Source: an uncultured delta proteobacterium (lineage in GTDB: Bacteria; Desulfobacterota; Desulfomonilia; UBA1062). From it: 64,000 nt of DNA. Position 1 is the stretch's first letter; each line of letters starts with the position of its first letter. The notes under the pieces are model-generated. The model did not search any database, had not been told where the DNA came from, and saw only the letters and a list, made by a program, of their open reading frames with translations. The position numbers were made by a program, and so were the translations under genes. Of the stretch, positions 52,989-64,000 are shown in pieces. Where the stretch lies: NCBI GenBank assembly GCA_963785235.1, contig CAWAUM010000005.1, positions 256,001 through 320,000 of the forward strand, read 5' to 3'.

Positions 52989-55746
52989 CTACTTATCCTG
53001 CTTTTTCAGTAAGAAGACCGTCATGGTCTGTATGGTCGTATAAATAATGACCAGGAAGACAAAGTTCCACACAAGCTCCGGAAAACCGATACCCTTGGTG
53101 TAGGTCCCTACGCTGATGTTCAGGAAATACCGGGCAGGGAAGATCCATGACATGAATTTGGCCCCGCCGATAAGGGTTGAGGCCGGGGTGGTCAGGCCTG
53201 AAAAATCGAAAGAAGGCACCAGGGTAATGACAAAGGCGGCCACCAGCGAGGCGATCTGGGTCTGGGTAAAGGTGGAGATCAGGAGACCTATGCCGGTGCT
53301 TGTAATGATATAGAGCATCGCCCCTAAAACCAGGGCCGAAGCACTGCCCTTGAAGGGGATATGGAACAGGAACCTGATCACGCCGACAAGTATCACAAAG
53401 GTTATGGCAGTAATCACGACATAGGGGATCTGCTTGCCCCAGAGAAATTCAAGCCTGGTCATGGGGCTGGAATAGAAATTTGTAATGGAACCCAACTCCT
53501 TTTCCCTTACTACCCCGATGGCCGTGAGCATGGAAGGAACCAGCATCAACACAACGGCCAGGAGCCCGGGAACAATGGAAAATTTGCTTTTTACCAGAGG
53601 GTTGTACCAGTACCGGGGCTGGACATTGGCGGATGAATACTCAACGGGTATCGGAGATAAATCGGCAAGGTCCAGGAGATAGGACAGATGAACGGCCTCT
53701 GCATAGTTCTTCGTCGTTTCGGCCCTGAAAGGCATGGTGCCGTCAATCCAGAGCGCCACAGAGGGGCACTTGCCTCTTCTTGATGTCTTTCTCGAATCCG
53801 GGCGGGATCTCGATGACCATCTTGAACTCGGCCTTTCTGAAAACCCTTTTCTATCTCGGAGGGAGAATGTATAGGCGCCTGCTCACTGAAGTACCGGGAA
53901 CCTGAGAAATACTCCAGATAGTCACGGCTCCACAGTTTCTGATCATAGTCCAGCGTAGAGAATTTGATGTTTTCGATATCGGTGGATATGCCGAAGCCGA
54001 AAACAATGAGAAGAAACGGGGAGACAATGAAATGAGGTTATGAGCCTGACAGGGTCACGGAGCAGTTCAATGGTCTCCCTCCTGGCCAGGGCAGCCAGCC
54101 GGAAGATATCGAAGAACCGGCCATGCTTGCGCACACGCTCAGGCGCGAGCATGAACGGGATGCTCTGTGTTTCGTCATCCTGTTCGGTGGTGGTGTTTCT
54201 GGCGATATCATCCTTCATGTAGGCGATGAAGGCCTCTTCGAGGCTGGAACAGCCGCGCATGCGTACAAGCTCATTGGGTGATTCGCAGGCAAGGACCCGT
54301 CCCATGCTCATGAGGGCAACCCTGTCACACCGGTAGGCCTCATTCATATAATGGGTAGTCACAAAGATCGTCACGCCGTGTTCCCGGGAGAGTTTTATGA
54401 GGAGCTCCCAGAAGTGGTCTCTGGCTACCGGATCGACGCCTGATGTAGGTTCGTCAAGGATCAGTATCTCGGGTTCATGGATGGCAGCCACAGCCAGAGA
54501 GAGGCGCTGGCGGATGCCCAGCGGCAGCCGTTCGGTCTGATCATCCATGACATCGTTCAGTCCGAACTGATCGGCCATTTCTTTCACTCGGGCCGGTACA
54601 TCGGCAGACGGCAGATCAAAGAGGTGCGCATGCATTTCCAGGTTCTGCCGGACGGTCAGCTCGCCATAGAGCGAAAAGGACTGCGACATATACCCGATAC
54701 GCTTCTTGAGCTCGATGCTTCCGGTTTCCAGAGAGCTGCCGAAGATATAGGCCTGGCCATGAGTCGGATGAAGGAGCCCGGTGAGCATCTTCATGGTCGT
54801 GGTCTTCCCGCAGCCGTTCGATCCGACAAAACCGAAGATCTCTCCCTTGGGTATGGTGAATGAGACATCGTCCACCGCAGTGAAGTCGCCGAACCGTTTG
54901 GTGAGATGGTTGGCCTCGATTGCCGAGCCGTCACCCGAGGGTATCCTGGCAGGGGTCGTGAAGCTCCGGTGCCCATAGCGCATCTCCTCTGGCAACATGG
55001 CGATGTATGCATCCTCTATGGTCGATTTCCCGGTCTTCTTCTTGATATCGTCAGGTGTTCCCGAGGCGAGGACCCGGCCGCCCTCCATCATGACCAGCCA
55101 GTCGAGATGCTCGGCCTCCTCCATGTATGCCGTGGCGATGAGGATACTCATGCCCGCATGATGGCTGCTCATATCCTTGACGAGTTCCCAGAACTGGCGC
55201 CGGGACAGTGGATCAACGCCGGTGGTGGGCTCGTCCATGATGAGCACATCAGGGTTGTGGATCAGGGCGCAGCACAGCCCCAGTTTCTGTTTCATGCCCC
55301 CTGAAAGCTGACCTGCAGGCCGGTGGGAAAAGGGGGCAAGGTTGGTGGCCTTGAGGAGCCGTTCAATCCGCTCTTTTCTCTCAGTGCGGGTGAACCCGAA
55401 GAGGCGTGCCGAAAAAATCCACATTTTCATATACCGAAAGGGTTGCATAGAGGTTCTGGCCGAGGCCTTGAGGGATGTAGGCTATCTCGGAACAGACCTC
55501 ATGGCGGTGGATACCTGAGCGCATATCTCCGTTCAGGACATGGACCGTGCCTGTCTGAATCTTTTTCTGGCCGGCTATGAGGCCAAGCAGGGTTGATTTT
55601 CCCACCCCATCCGGTCCGATGAAGCCCACCTGGCAACCGGCAGGGATATGGAGATCAATTGAATCAAGGGCAAGCTTTTTGCCGTAGCGATGCTTCACCC
55701 CTTCAATATGTGCGATGGTATCACGGCCGTTCATGCATGCATTCAC
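52989..55746 (-). CDS. rbbA: RbbA-like dual ATPase/permease ABC protein; frameshifted
   Basis: [50 protein letters not shown]. Confidence 0.82.
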
Positions 55747-56715
55747 TTAAGGAGTTCCGGCCATTTTGCGGACGGATTCAGACGTATATATGCAACACCG
55801 GGCATTCCCGGCTTCAACCGGGGATCATCGTATTCCTGAAAACTGATTGTAACGCGGAAAACGAGCTTCTGACGTTCCTCTGCAGCCTCGACCTCTTTGG
55901 GTGTGAACTGCGCCTTTGCAGAGACATAGGCTACCCTTGAAAAAAATGGTTTATCCGGTATGGCATCGAGAACGACCTTTGCTTCACCGCCCAGGGGTAT
56001 TTCTCCGGCATGCCGTTCGGAAAGGTAGACATTCATGTAGATATCCGTAGGGTCAACAATGGTCAGTACCTTTCCTCCATTCGGCAGGACCTCGCCCGGT
56101 TCCGCAAGGCGGGACAGCACCGGTCCCTTGATGGGGCTCTTCAGCATGCAGTCATTGATTTCCGCCTTCAGTCTCTCTGTCTGGGCAATGGCTGCTTCAA
56201 TGGCAGCATCAGCCTCTGAAACGGAAGACTTTATTGCGGAATAATCAGCCTCCAGGGCCTGCTTGGTGGTCAGGTCCCGATCATATTGCTGTTGGGTCGA
56301 CAATGCCCTGTGCAAAGAGGTTCTTTGAACGTTCAAGCTCTTTTCCTGCAAGGTTACATCTGAGACGGAACCCCTCTACCTTGGAAAGGGCGGTCTGACG
56401 TGCCTGTTTCATCCGCCTGACCTCTGCGTCGGCCTGTCTGAGCTGGGCCTGAAGTGTTGTCGTGTCCATCTTTGCAACGACCTGGTCTTTGTCAACAAAA
56501 TCGCCCTCTTTTACAAGGACTTCTGCCAACCGGCCTGATAATTTTGTGGCAATATCGACCTCAGTGGCTTCAAGACGGCCGTTACCCTTCACAAAACCTT
56601 GCGGTATGGAATTTTTATCCTTGTTGAAAAAGAAGTAGAAGCCCAGAGCGCCAACCAGAATAAAAACAGCCCCAATTGCAATAACCCGTTTGAATACGTT
56701 ACCTTTGCTTGCCAT
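55743..56715 (-). CDS. HlyD-family periplasmic adaptor (YhiI-like); frameshifted
   Basis: [30 protein letters not shown]...[14 protein letters not shown]. Confidence 0.85.
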
Positions 56716-56794
56716 ACTCCCCCTTTTGTAAAACAGCACTTTTCATAGTCCGGCATGAACCATGTTCATGCCGGAGCAAACATCCATTAAGGCG

Positions 56795-57364
56795 CTACTG
56801 TTCTCTCTTTTTCAACCCGTTCACCAGGCAGTCCATGGAGCACTGGAAGGCCTTTTCGAATTCAGATCCCGCCAGACCGATACGGAAATAATGCATGGCT
56901 ACACCTTCAATGAGATCATATATGAACTCCGGGGCCAGATCATCCCTTACCAGGCCCATGTCCATACCGTTTCTGATAAAACGGAAAATGGATGCAATAA
57001 TATCCCTCTGCTTTGATCTGATCTTCATCTCAATGGAGGGATACTCGATATAGATTTTTGAAATAAAATTATTATTTTTCGTAAGATCGACAAATTTCTC
57101 TATCATCTTGTTCACAGCTGTCATGTAATCTTTCTCTTCTTGTACGATAAGATCGATATGCTCAAGGTCATGGGTCATTTTTGAGATAACGACCTGCTCC
57201 AACAACTGTTCTTTTGAGCCGATGATCTTGTAGAGGGTGTTCTTGGCAAGACCGGTCTCATGGGCGAGTAGGTCCATGTTCCATCCTTTAAGACCGTTTT
57301 TTATCAATAAATCACTGGTAGTCTGAATGATCCTCTTCCTGATAACCTCATTGCATATTTTCAT
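56795..57364 (-). CDS. TetR/AcrR family regulator
   Basis: GLKGWNMDLLAHETGLAKNTLYK..GSKEQL HTH. Confidence 0.85.
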   Translation of the reverse strand: MKICNEVIRKRIIQTTSDLLIKNGLKGWNMDLLAHETGLAKNTLYKIIGSKEQLLEQVVISKMTHDLEHIDLIVQEEKDYMTAVNKMIEKFVDLTKNNNFISKIYIEYPSIEMKIRSKQRDIIASIFRFIRNGMDMGLVRDDLAPEFIYDLIEGVAMHYFRIGLAGSEFEKAFQCSMDCLVNGLKKREQ

Positions 57365-57558
57365 AGCATAACCTTATACCGAATGAACTGATGCAGTATA
57401 AATAAATTATTTGTGCTGTTGCGTCAAACAAAAGACAATAAAAGATAAAATTATATTTCAAATCCTGTCAGCAAAGAGGTTTTCTGGAAGAGGACAGTTG
57501 CAACACGGTTTTCCTCTATTATTATAATAACCTTAGACTGTATTCAGGTAAATGAAGG

Positions 57559-58881
57559 ATGAAACATATGTCTGATATTGTATTGGTGTATCCGTATGTA
57601 TATAAACATGCACGAAATTCAATGCTGTTCCACCCGTTGGGCATCGCGCAGCTGAGTGCTTTACTCCGACAGCGGGGCATGGATACCACGATTATTGATC
57701 TCACCTTCAGAAATACGGATAAAGCCCTTATGGAAATCTCCAAGATTAAGCCCAGGATAGTAGGTATCTATGTCATGCTCACCATGATCGACAACGCACT
57801 CTACCTGGCAAAAAAGATACGAGCCATGAGTCCCGAAACCCTCCTGGTTTGCGGCGGTCCCATGCCCACCCTTCGGCCGGAACAGTTTGACCGGGATTTC
57901 AACCTCATCTTCAGGGGTGAGTCCATTCTCTCCTTTCCCCTGTTTTGCACGGATTTCCTGGATGCCGCGGACATTTCAGACGTTATCAAGCATCATGAAC
58001 GTTATCCGGGAATCTACCTGCTTGACATGCACACCAACAAAGTCATCAAAGCACCTGAAAAAGCGACTGATGAAACGCTTATAAATCAATTGCCCATACC
58101 TGACAGGAGTGCCTTTGACCATGGCAGCTACCAGAAGTTCTGGCTGGAGAAAGATGGTGTTGCGCAAGCCAGCATAATGTCTACCTACGGCTGCCCTCAC
58201 AGTTGTGATTTCTGCGCAAAACCAGTTTTCGGCACAAATTATCGAAGGCGGGGCATAGACAGTATTTTTGAAGAAATCAATGATATCAAATCATTCGGAT
58301 ACGATGGTCTCTGGATAGCTGACGATTGTTTCACTTTGGACCTTAATCATGTAAGGGCGTTCTGTGAGAGAATGATCAAAGATGATCTGAGGATGAAGTG
58401 GACCTGCCTATCACGTACAGAGCCGATCCCCCTTGAAGATGTGAAACTCATGCAGCGAGCAGGATGTTCCAAGGTCTTTTTCGGATTGGAATCAGGAAGC
58501 AATGAAGTACTCAGGCTTATGAATAAACACAATACCATCGAGGCGGCGGAAAAGACGCTCGATCTCTTTACCAATAGCGGCATTGAGACAGCGGGCTTTT
58601 TCATGGTGGGTTATCCCGGGGAGACGCATGAAACTATCGAGGCAACATTTGCCTGGGCTTTAAAACTACCCCTGAAAGAGATATCTTTCACAATACCCTT
58701 TCCCCTTCCCGGTACAAAACTTTACGAAAAGGTATGCGGTATAAAGGACAATGAAGACTGGAGTTATGAGAATGAGAACCGCATTATCTACCAGTCTGAA
58801 TTCGATGAGGCATATCTCAATAAAAGAATTGAAGAGACCTATGTGCAATTCGCTCGTCGGCAAAGTTCGAATGCCTATTGA
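57559..58881 (+). CDS. Cobalamin-binding radical SAM protein
   Basis: PLGIAQL, GGPMPT, CPHSCDFC, DDCF, GLESGS, VGYPGET. Confidence 0.9.
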   Translation: MKHMSDIVLVYPYVYKHARNSMLFHPLGIAQLSALLRQRGMDTTIIDLTFRNTDKALMEISKIKPRIVGIYVMLTMIDNALYLAKKIRAMSPETLLVCGGPMPTLRPEQFDRDFNLIFRGESILSFPLFCTDFLDAADISDVIKHHERYPGIYLLDMHTNKVIKAPEKATDETLINQLPIPDRSAFDHGSYQKFWLEKDGVAQASIMSTYGCPHSCDFCAKPVFGTNYRRRGIDSIFEEINDIKSFGYDGLWIADDCFTLDLNHVRAFCERMIKDDLRMKWTCLSRTEPIPLEDVKLMQRAGCSKVFFGLESGSNEVLRLMNKHNTIEAAEKTLDLFTNSGIETAGFFMVGYPGETHETIEATFAWALKLPLKEISFTIPFPLPGTKLYEKVCGIKDNEDWSYENENRIIYQSEFDEAYLNKRIEETYVQFARRQSSNAY

Positions 58882-59707
58882 ACCCATGAATATGAAAGAC
58901 TCAATAGCACTAAAACTCTCGGATGATATTTCACTGATCCATGATGCATCAGTACACTGCGGCAAGACAACGGATATGGCAAAAGGCCTTTTTCTGTGCT
59001 GCAAGGGGAGACTATGTGCCGGAGAATCGGCCGGCATTGGCCTGCCGGTGTGGAAAACCAGGAACCATACAATCTTCCCCTCGCTCCTTTCAACCAAGGT
59101 AATCAGTGAGACTGCCATTGAAAAAGTATTTCAGATGGACCGGGTCCTTGTATGGCGTATTGCCGGCAGATATACCCCGGCATGGTTCAACATCTTTGTT
59201 GAAAGGCTTGTTGATGGGTTCATGAAAATACCTGCTATCCAGCATCGATTGCTGAAACTGCGCACTCTTGTCCTGTCATGCCTAGATATTCGAAGTTCCA
59301 TGGAGCCGGGACCAAGCAGAGGATTATGCCGTGTAGTTTATGAAGCAACCCCAAAAGGGTTCAAAGTGAAGATCGATGGCAGATTGATGATAGGGCCGGG
59401 CCGGCTGCTTATGCTCAATGAAGTGGACGGGGGCACTTTCGATCAGCTGAAATCAAATGATCATTCAGTACAGGACGTAGAGATACCTGCATGGAAGAAG
59501 GTTTCATTTAATACCATAGTGGCAAGCACGGCTCTTAATACCTGGTTCTCACTCACACCGTGCGCGTCCGAGGATAGCTCATCGTTTCATGTCTTCAGCG
59601 GAAGAGAGGTCGCTCCGGGACTGAACTGGGCTGGTCTCGCCATTACGAACCCCCATCACACGTTTACTTATATAGTGAATATCCAAACCGTAAAGACCGA
59701 TATATGA
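58871..59707 (+). CDS. Hypothetical protein overlapping the radical SAM gene
   Basis: 278-aa ORF; GESAGIGLPV and GREVAPGLNWAG segments. Confidence 0.65.
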   Translation: MPIEPMNMKDSIALKLSDDISLIHDASVHCGKTTDMAKGLFLCCKGRLCAGESAGIGLPVWKTRNHTIFPSLLSTKVISETAIEKVFQMDRVLVWRIAGRYTPAWFNIFVERLVDGFMKIPAIQHRLLKLRTLVLSCLDIRSSMEPGPSRGLCRVVYEATPKGFKVKIDGRLMIGPGRLLMLNEVDGGTFDQLKSNDHSVQDVEIPAWKKVSFNTIVASTALNTWFSLTPCASEDSSSFHVFSGREVAPGLNWAGLAITNPHHTFTYIVNIQTVKTDI

Positions 59708-59833
59708 AATGTCACCTGGGTTTTGACATGAGGCATCATTGTATGATTAATAAGGGTGATGCATCTTTTGGAGCTGTACTCCAGAGGTTTTTATGAAGAT
59801 TTTTAAGGTATCTGCAGTGAATCGGAGGTAATT

Positions 59834-60529
59834 GTGTCAGCTGATGAATATGTTTTTGTACCCGCTGAGCATGGTGGAAAGATATCTACGTTGGTATCTT
59901 TCCCCCAGAACTATGATGCATCAAAAAAACCTGCTGTGATCATTGCCCATGGCGCCGGCAATGACATGTTCAATCCTCTCATCACCCATATGGCCAATGT
60001 CCTGGAGCAGGCCAGTTATTTATGCATAAGATTCAACTTCCCCTACCGGGACAAGGGCAGGAGGAATCCTGACAGCGATGATGTACTAATGACCACCTGG
60101 TTAAACGTATACCAGTATTTTAAGAACCATCCGGCCTATCAACCGGAACGTATCGTAGTGGCGGGCAAATCCCTTGGCGGAAGAATCGCCAGTCAGGCCA
60201 TAGCAGCAGGGCTCCTGAATGCCTGTGGATTGATTCTGCTGGGGTATCCCCTCCACCCGCCCGGCAAGAAGGATATCCTGCGCGATGCACATCTCCATAA
60301 AATCGAAGTACCCATGCTCTTTGTTGAAGGCGGCCATGACCCTTTCTGCGACGTTGCCATCCTTAAGGATGTGCTCAGCCGGATAAAGGCTCCCTGGACG
60401 TTGGATGTTGTCGAAGGAGCGGATCATTCCTTCAAGATGCCTGCCGATTCTGGTGTGACCGAAGAACAGGTCTACGCAAGAATACTCGGGAAGACCCTGA
60501 GCTGGTTGGGAGATCTGAACAACCGGTGA
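59834..60529 (+). CDS. Alpha/beta hydrolase (KANL3/Tex30-like)
   Basis: AHGAG, RFNFPY, GKSLGGR, GYPLHPPG, GADHSF. Confidence 0.85.
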   Translation: MSADEYVFVPAEHGGKISTLVSFPQNYDASKKPAVIIAHGAGNDMFNPLITHMANVLEQASYLCIRFNFPYRDKGRRNPDSDDVLMTTWLNVYQYFKNHPAYQPERIVVAGKSLGGRIASQAIAAGLLNACGLILLGYPLHPPGKKDILRDAHLHKIEVPMLFVEGGHDPFCDVAILKDVLSRIKAPWTLDVVEGADHSFKMPADSGVTEEQVYARILGKTLSWLGDLNNR

Positions 60530-60724
60530 TGAGCGGAAAAATCGAATACAGCTAAGATCACTGATCACTGTTTTCTTTAATCCCCATCTCTTTTTTGTGC
60601 TTTAACCCAATTCCTGACCCCTTTTTAAGAAAATGCCTTCTTCCATCTTACAGGTTATTTTCATGAAAATTTCCTTGATCCTTTACAGAATCAAGTGTAC
60701 CAATGGTTTAGAGGAAGGTGGGGT

Positions 60725-61528
60725 ATGAAGAAATCTGTCACGGTTCTGGATATCGTCGGCAAGAAAGGCAACCATCCTATCGTTATGGTTACCTCCTACG
60801 ATGCGACCATGACCCGCATTGTCGACGATGCCGATATTGATATCATCCTGGTGGGCGACTCTGCAGGCATGGTGATGGCAGGACTCGACAATACCTTGGG
60901 CGCTACCATGGACATGATGCTCCTTTTTGTAAAAAGCGTCACCAATGCCAAGCCCAAGGCCCTTGTCATTGCAGATATGCCTTTCCTCTCCTACCAGACC
61001 AGCGTCGCTGACGCTGTCCGAAATGCAGGCCGTTTTCTCCAGGAGGCGGGCGCCCAGGCAATAAAACTCGAAGGCGGGCAGCGGGTAATCGAGCAGGTAA
61101 AAGCCATTGTGAAGGCTGATATCCCCGTGATGGGTCACCTGGGGCTGACTCCGCAATCCATACATGCCTTCGGCGGCTACAAGGTGCAGGGCAGGGGAGA
61201 AGATGCGGCAAAGCTTCTTAAGGAAAATGCCCTCCTGCTTCAAGATGCAGGTGCATTCTCCCTTGTGCTTGAATGTGTCCCGACACTTGTAGCCAAAGAG
61301 GTATCACAAGCACTCTCCATACCCACCATAGGCATTGGAGCTGGGCCATATTGCGACGGCCAGGTACTGGTGATCCAGGACCTTCTGGGCATGAACAAAG
61401 AGTTTAAACCCAAGTTTGTGAAGCGCTATGCCGGCCTGTATGAAACAATCAAAGATGCGGTAAATGCCTATTCCAAAGAGGTGAGAAGCGGCGAGTTCCC
61501 GGATGAAGAACACTGTTTCAAAAGCTAG
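60725..61528 (+). CDS. panB: 3-methyl-2-oxobutanoate hydroxymethyltransferase
   Basis: LVGDS, ADMPF, KLEGG, GHLGLTPQ, GIGAG..CDGQVLV. Confidence 0.96.
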   Translation: MKKSVTVLDIVGKKGNHPIVMVTSYDATMTRIVDDADIDIILVGDSAGMVMAGLDNTLGATMDMMLLFVKSVTNAKPKALVIADMPFLSYQTSVADAVRNAGRFLQEAGAQAIKLEGGQRVIEQVKAIVKADIPVMGHLGLTPQSIHAFGGYKVQGRGEDAAKLLKENALLLQDAGAFSLVLECVPTLVAKEVSQALSIPTIGIGAGPYCDGQVLVIQDLLGMNKEFKPKFVKRYAGLYETIKDAVNAYSKEVRSGEFPDEEHCFKS

Positions 61529-61534
61529 GAGTCA

Positions 61535-62383
61535 GTGAGAATGGAACTCATCACTACGATCCCAGGCATAAAGAGCTATGTTAAGGGTATTAAACAACGT
61601 GGCGAGACCATCTGTCTCGTGCCTACCATGGGCTATCTCCATAAGGGTCACCTCGACCTCATGCGTTTGGGCAGGACCCTTGCGGACCATCTCGTTATCA
61701 GCATTTTTGTTAATCCCACCCAGTTCGGGATTGGTGAAGACCTGGCCAAATACCCCCGTGACCTGGAGAATGATAGAAAGCTCTCGGAAGGTGTCGGCGT
61801 GGAGTGCATATTCTTCCCTGATACACAGGAGATGTACCCGCAAGGGTATGCAACGTATGTGAATGTTGAAGGTATTACGGGCAAACTCTGTGGTCTTGCC
61901 AGGCCGAGCCATTTCCGAGGAGTAACCACAGTTGTTGCCAAGCTCTTCAATATCATCGAGCCTGATGTTGCAGTCTTTGGCCAAAAGGACTACCAGCAGC
62001 TCACGGTTATCAAGCACATGGTTGATGACCTCAACATGAATGTAAAGATCGTTGCTCATCCCACGGTCAGGGAAGAAGACGGCCTGGCTATGAGTTCGAG
62101 AAATAAGTATCTGAATTCCGAGCAACGCAGGAATGCACTTGTACTCAGCAAATCTTTACATAAGGCTCGTGAACTTGTGAAGAGCGGAGAGAAGGATGCT
62201 TCAAAGATAAGGCTGATGGCACTCGACATGATATCATCCACTCCCCAGGCTGTTGTAGACTATGTTGAGATTGTCCATCCAGATACCCTGGAATGTATTG
62301 ATCACATTGAAACACAGGCGATCATAGCGCTTGCTGTGAAAATTGGAACCACAAGACTTATCGACAATATGGAACTGAGATAG
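61535..62383 (+). CDS. panC: Pantoate-beta-alanine ligase
   Basis: VPTMGYLH.GH, FVNPTQF, FGQKDYQQ, GLAMSSRN, RLIDN. Confidence 0.96.
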   Translation: MRMELITTIPGIKSYVKGIKQRGETICLVPTMGYLHKGHLDLMRLGRTLADHLVISIFVNPTQFGIGEDLAKYPRDLENDRKLSEGVGVECIFFPDTQEMYPQGYATYVNVEGITGKLCGLARPSHFRGVTTVVAKLFNIIEPDVAVFGQKDYQQLTVIKHMVDDLNMNVKIVAHPTVREEDGLAMSSRNKYLNSEQRRNALVLSKSLHKARELVKSGEKDASKIRLMALDMISSTPQAVVDYVEIVHPDTLECIDHIETQAIIALAVKIGTTRLIDNMELR

Positions 62384-62508
62384 CTGTAAGCTTATAAAGA
62401 AATTAATGTTTCAGACACCTGTTGCCGAAGAATGTGATGGACACTTGCTTTCAGGAAGTGATATAGTCCTGGAAGCAGGAAAATACTTATTCTAGAGGGG
62501 GATGTAGT

Positions 62509-62790
62509 ATGACGAAGTCGGAATTGGTAGATGTAATTGCAAAGAAGACCAGCAAGTCAAAGGTAGCTTCGGCAACAGTGGTGGATGCCATCCTCGATGC
62601 CATCAAGGCGGCTCTCAAAAAGGGTGACAAGGTTACATTGGTAGGCTTCGGCACGTTTGAAGTTGCCAAGAGGGCTGCACGCGAAGGGATCAACCCGCGC
62701 ACCCAGAAAAAGATCAAGATCAAGGCCAGCAAGGTTCCTCGCTTTAAGGCAGGCAAGGCACTGAAAGAAGTCGTCAACAAAGGCAGATAA
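62509..62790 (+). CDS. hup: DNA-binding protein HU
   Basis: MTKSELV, LVGFGTF, GINPRT, PRFKAGKALK. Confidence 0.95.
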   Translation: MTKSELVDVIAKKTSKSKVASATVVDAILDAIKAALKKGDKVTLVGFGTFEVAKRAAREGINPRTQKKIKIKASKVPRFKAGKALKEVVNKGR

Positions 62791-62806
62791 CAACTTCGCC
62801 GAGAAA

Positions 62807-62870
62807 AGGGAGGCGTTTCATCTTTGCTGAGCGGGGTTTTTTTCCGCTCAGAGAAGTGAAACGCCTCCTT
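62807..62870. terminator. Long hairpin between convergent genes, probable bidirectional terminator
   Basis: ggaggcgtttca...tgagcgg-loop-ccgctca...tgaaacgcctcc, with A and T tracts nearby. Confidence 0.65.
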
Positions 62871-62907
62871 GTTTTTTCAAGAGAAAAATCCTTGATTAAT
62901 TCAGCAT

Positions 62908-63309
62908 TCAACCAGGCTTTGAAAAACCAAGTTCCTGAAGGGCCTTGAGGAGTGCATCTTTACGAAATGGTTTGATAATGATCGCATCGCACATGGAAGT
63001 AATGTCGACATATTCTGTCTCAATATTGCTTAAACCCGTAGCCATGATGACCTTTACCCGTTCACCTTGTGAAATACCGCGTTCTTTCTCGATAGCCCTG
63101 ATTCGGGTCAGTGCTGCATGACCATCTATTTCAGGCATCATGAAGTCCATGCAGATCAGGTTGTATGGTGTACCCTGATTGAGCATGGAGCAAAAGGAAT
63201 CTATCGCTTCATTGCCGTTATAGCACAAATCAACATCTCCAAAAGGTGACAGGATCCTTTGCAGGATGATCCTGCTTGTTAATTCGTCCTCAACAATGAG
63301 TGCCTTCAT
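62908..63309 (-). CDS. Single-domain response regulator (CheY-like)
   Basis: LIVEDE, MDFMMPEIDG, MATG, KP. Confidence 0.88.
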   Translation of the reverse strand: MKALIVEDELTSRIILQRILSPFGDVDLCYNGNEAIDSFCSMLNQGTPYNLICMDFMMPEIDGHAALTRIRAIEKERGISQGERVKVIMATGLSNIETEYVDITSMCDAIIIKPFRKDALLKALQELGFSKPG

Positions 63310-63310
63310 T

Positions 63311-64000
63311 TTATATTCCATCCTTTGCATACCAACTACTCTTCTCGGCAGCGGCCCTGAAAAGATCAACTTGATAGATAAGTTCAGGCATCAGCATGGT
63401 TGCGGTATTCATATCACCTGCCTTGCCGGCTTTCTCCATCCTGAATGCTATCTCGGCTAGGGCAATGCCGCATGCATTGCTTGATGCCCCTTTGATTGTG
63501 TGGGCATAGTGACTGATATTTTTCGTGTCAGCCTTTGCAAGTGCATCCTGCAGTTGTGAGAGAATGTTAGGTATGTCGTTTAAAAAAGCAAAGAGAATTG
63601 TCCGAGCCAGATCCGAGTCATTATCGAGATTGTCCATAAGACCTGCAGCATCAAAGACGCTTGCTGTTCTTGGTGAATCTGAAGATGCAGGTATGGTGGA
63701 TATTATACTGTTATCATTATTTATATCATGAACAGTCCCTGATAGAGGTTCATTCTCATGCTTCTTAAGCCACTTCAAAAGCATAGCTGAAAGTTCTGAA
63801 GATTTGATGGGTTTTGAAAGGTAATCGTCCATTCCCGAAGCAATGCATTTTTCCCGGTCACCCTTCATGGCATGGGCAGTCATGGCAATTATTGGAACAG
63901 CATGGTTCATAACACCTGAGTGTGGGTCTCGGATAATGGCGGTGGTTTCAAAGCCATCCATGCCGGGCATCTGGCAATCCATAAAGACGAGGTCGTAAGG
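63311..64000 (-). CDS. C-terminal REC and HPt domains of a hybrid sensor kinase (5' end outside the window)
   Basis: MDCQMPGMDG, AMTAHAM, DDYLSKP; HPt AHTIKGAS. Confidence 0.88.
   Translation of the reverse strand, partial: PYDLVFMDCQMPGMDGFETTAIIRDPHSGVMNHAVPIIAMTAHAMKGDREKCIASGMDDYLSKPIKSSELSAMLLKWLKKHENEPLSGTVHDINNDNSIISTIPASSDSPRTASVFDAAGLMDNLDNDSDLARTILFAFLNDIPNILSQLQDALAKADTKNISHYAHTIKGASSNACGIALAEIAFRMEKAGKAGDMNTATMLMPELIYQVDLFRAAAEKSSWYAKDGI

Noticed and set aside
14388-56715. Many frameshifted genes read as pseudogenes or programmed frameshifts (acsV, araC, ACADs, thiolase, acs genes, U32, rbbA)
   Set aside because: The breaks are scattered single-base indels with catalytic motifs intact and no consistent slippery sites, which fits uncorrected sequencing error. 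Real decay cannot be excluded without reads.

Overview
64 kb of an anaerobic bacterial chromosome, probably Desulfobacterota (inferred from gene content). Many genes carry single-base frameshifts that look like long-read or assembly indels. In order the window holds: an M20 amidohydrolase; a ThDP enzyme; an orphan WYL regulator; a Zn ABC transporter headed by an RHH/Cys-rich regulator; an 8-heme HEAT/TPR cytochrome; an alpha-amylase; a corrinoid activase (AcsV/RACo); a membrane AraC regulator with an acyl-CoA catabolic operon ending in ptb-ACT-buk; a repeat-flanked PPK2; an AT-rich trio of Tyr/Asp-rich envelope proteins; an Fe-ADH; a CODH/ACS cluster; ABC-F; U32/RlhA; matrixin; patatin; an RbbA-type ABC exporter; TetR; a B12 radical SAM; panBC; HU; and a two-component tail. 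The most unusual part is the CODH/ACS cluster. It has an apparent in-frame AcsB-AcsD fusion, no acsE, an embedded core (MesB-like) methionine synthase, and a Ras-like GTPase plus class III cyclase pair directly at its head. Non-coding signals include a roughly 210-bp MITE-like family with a covarying hairpin (3 copies), REP-like elements, mirror-image repeat clusters around ppk2 and several palindromic operator candidates. No CRISPR array, rRNA, tRNA or intact transposase was seen.
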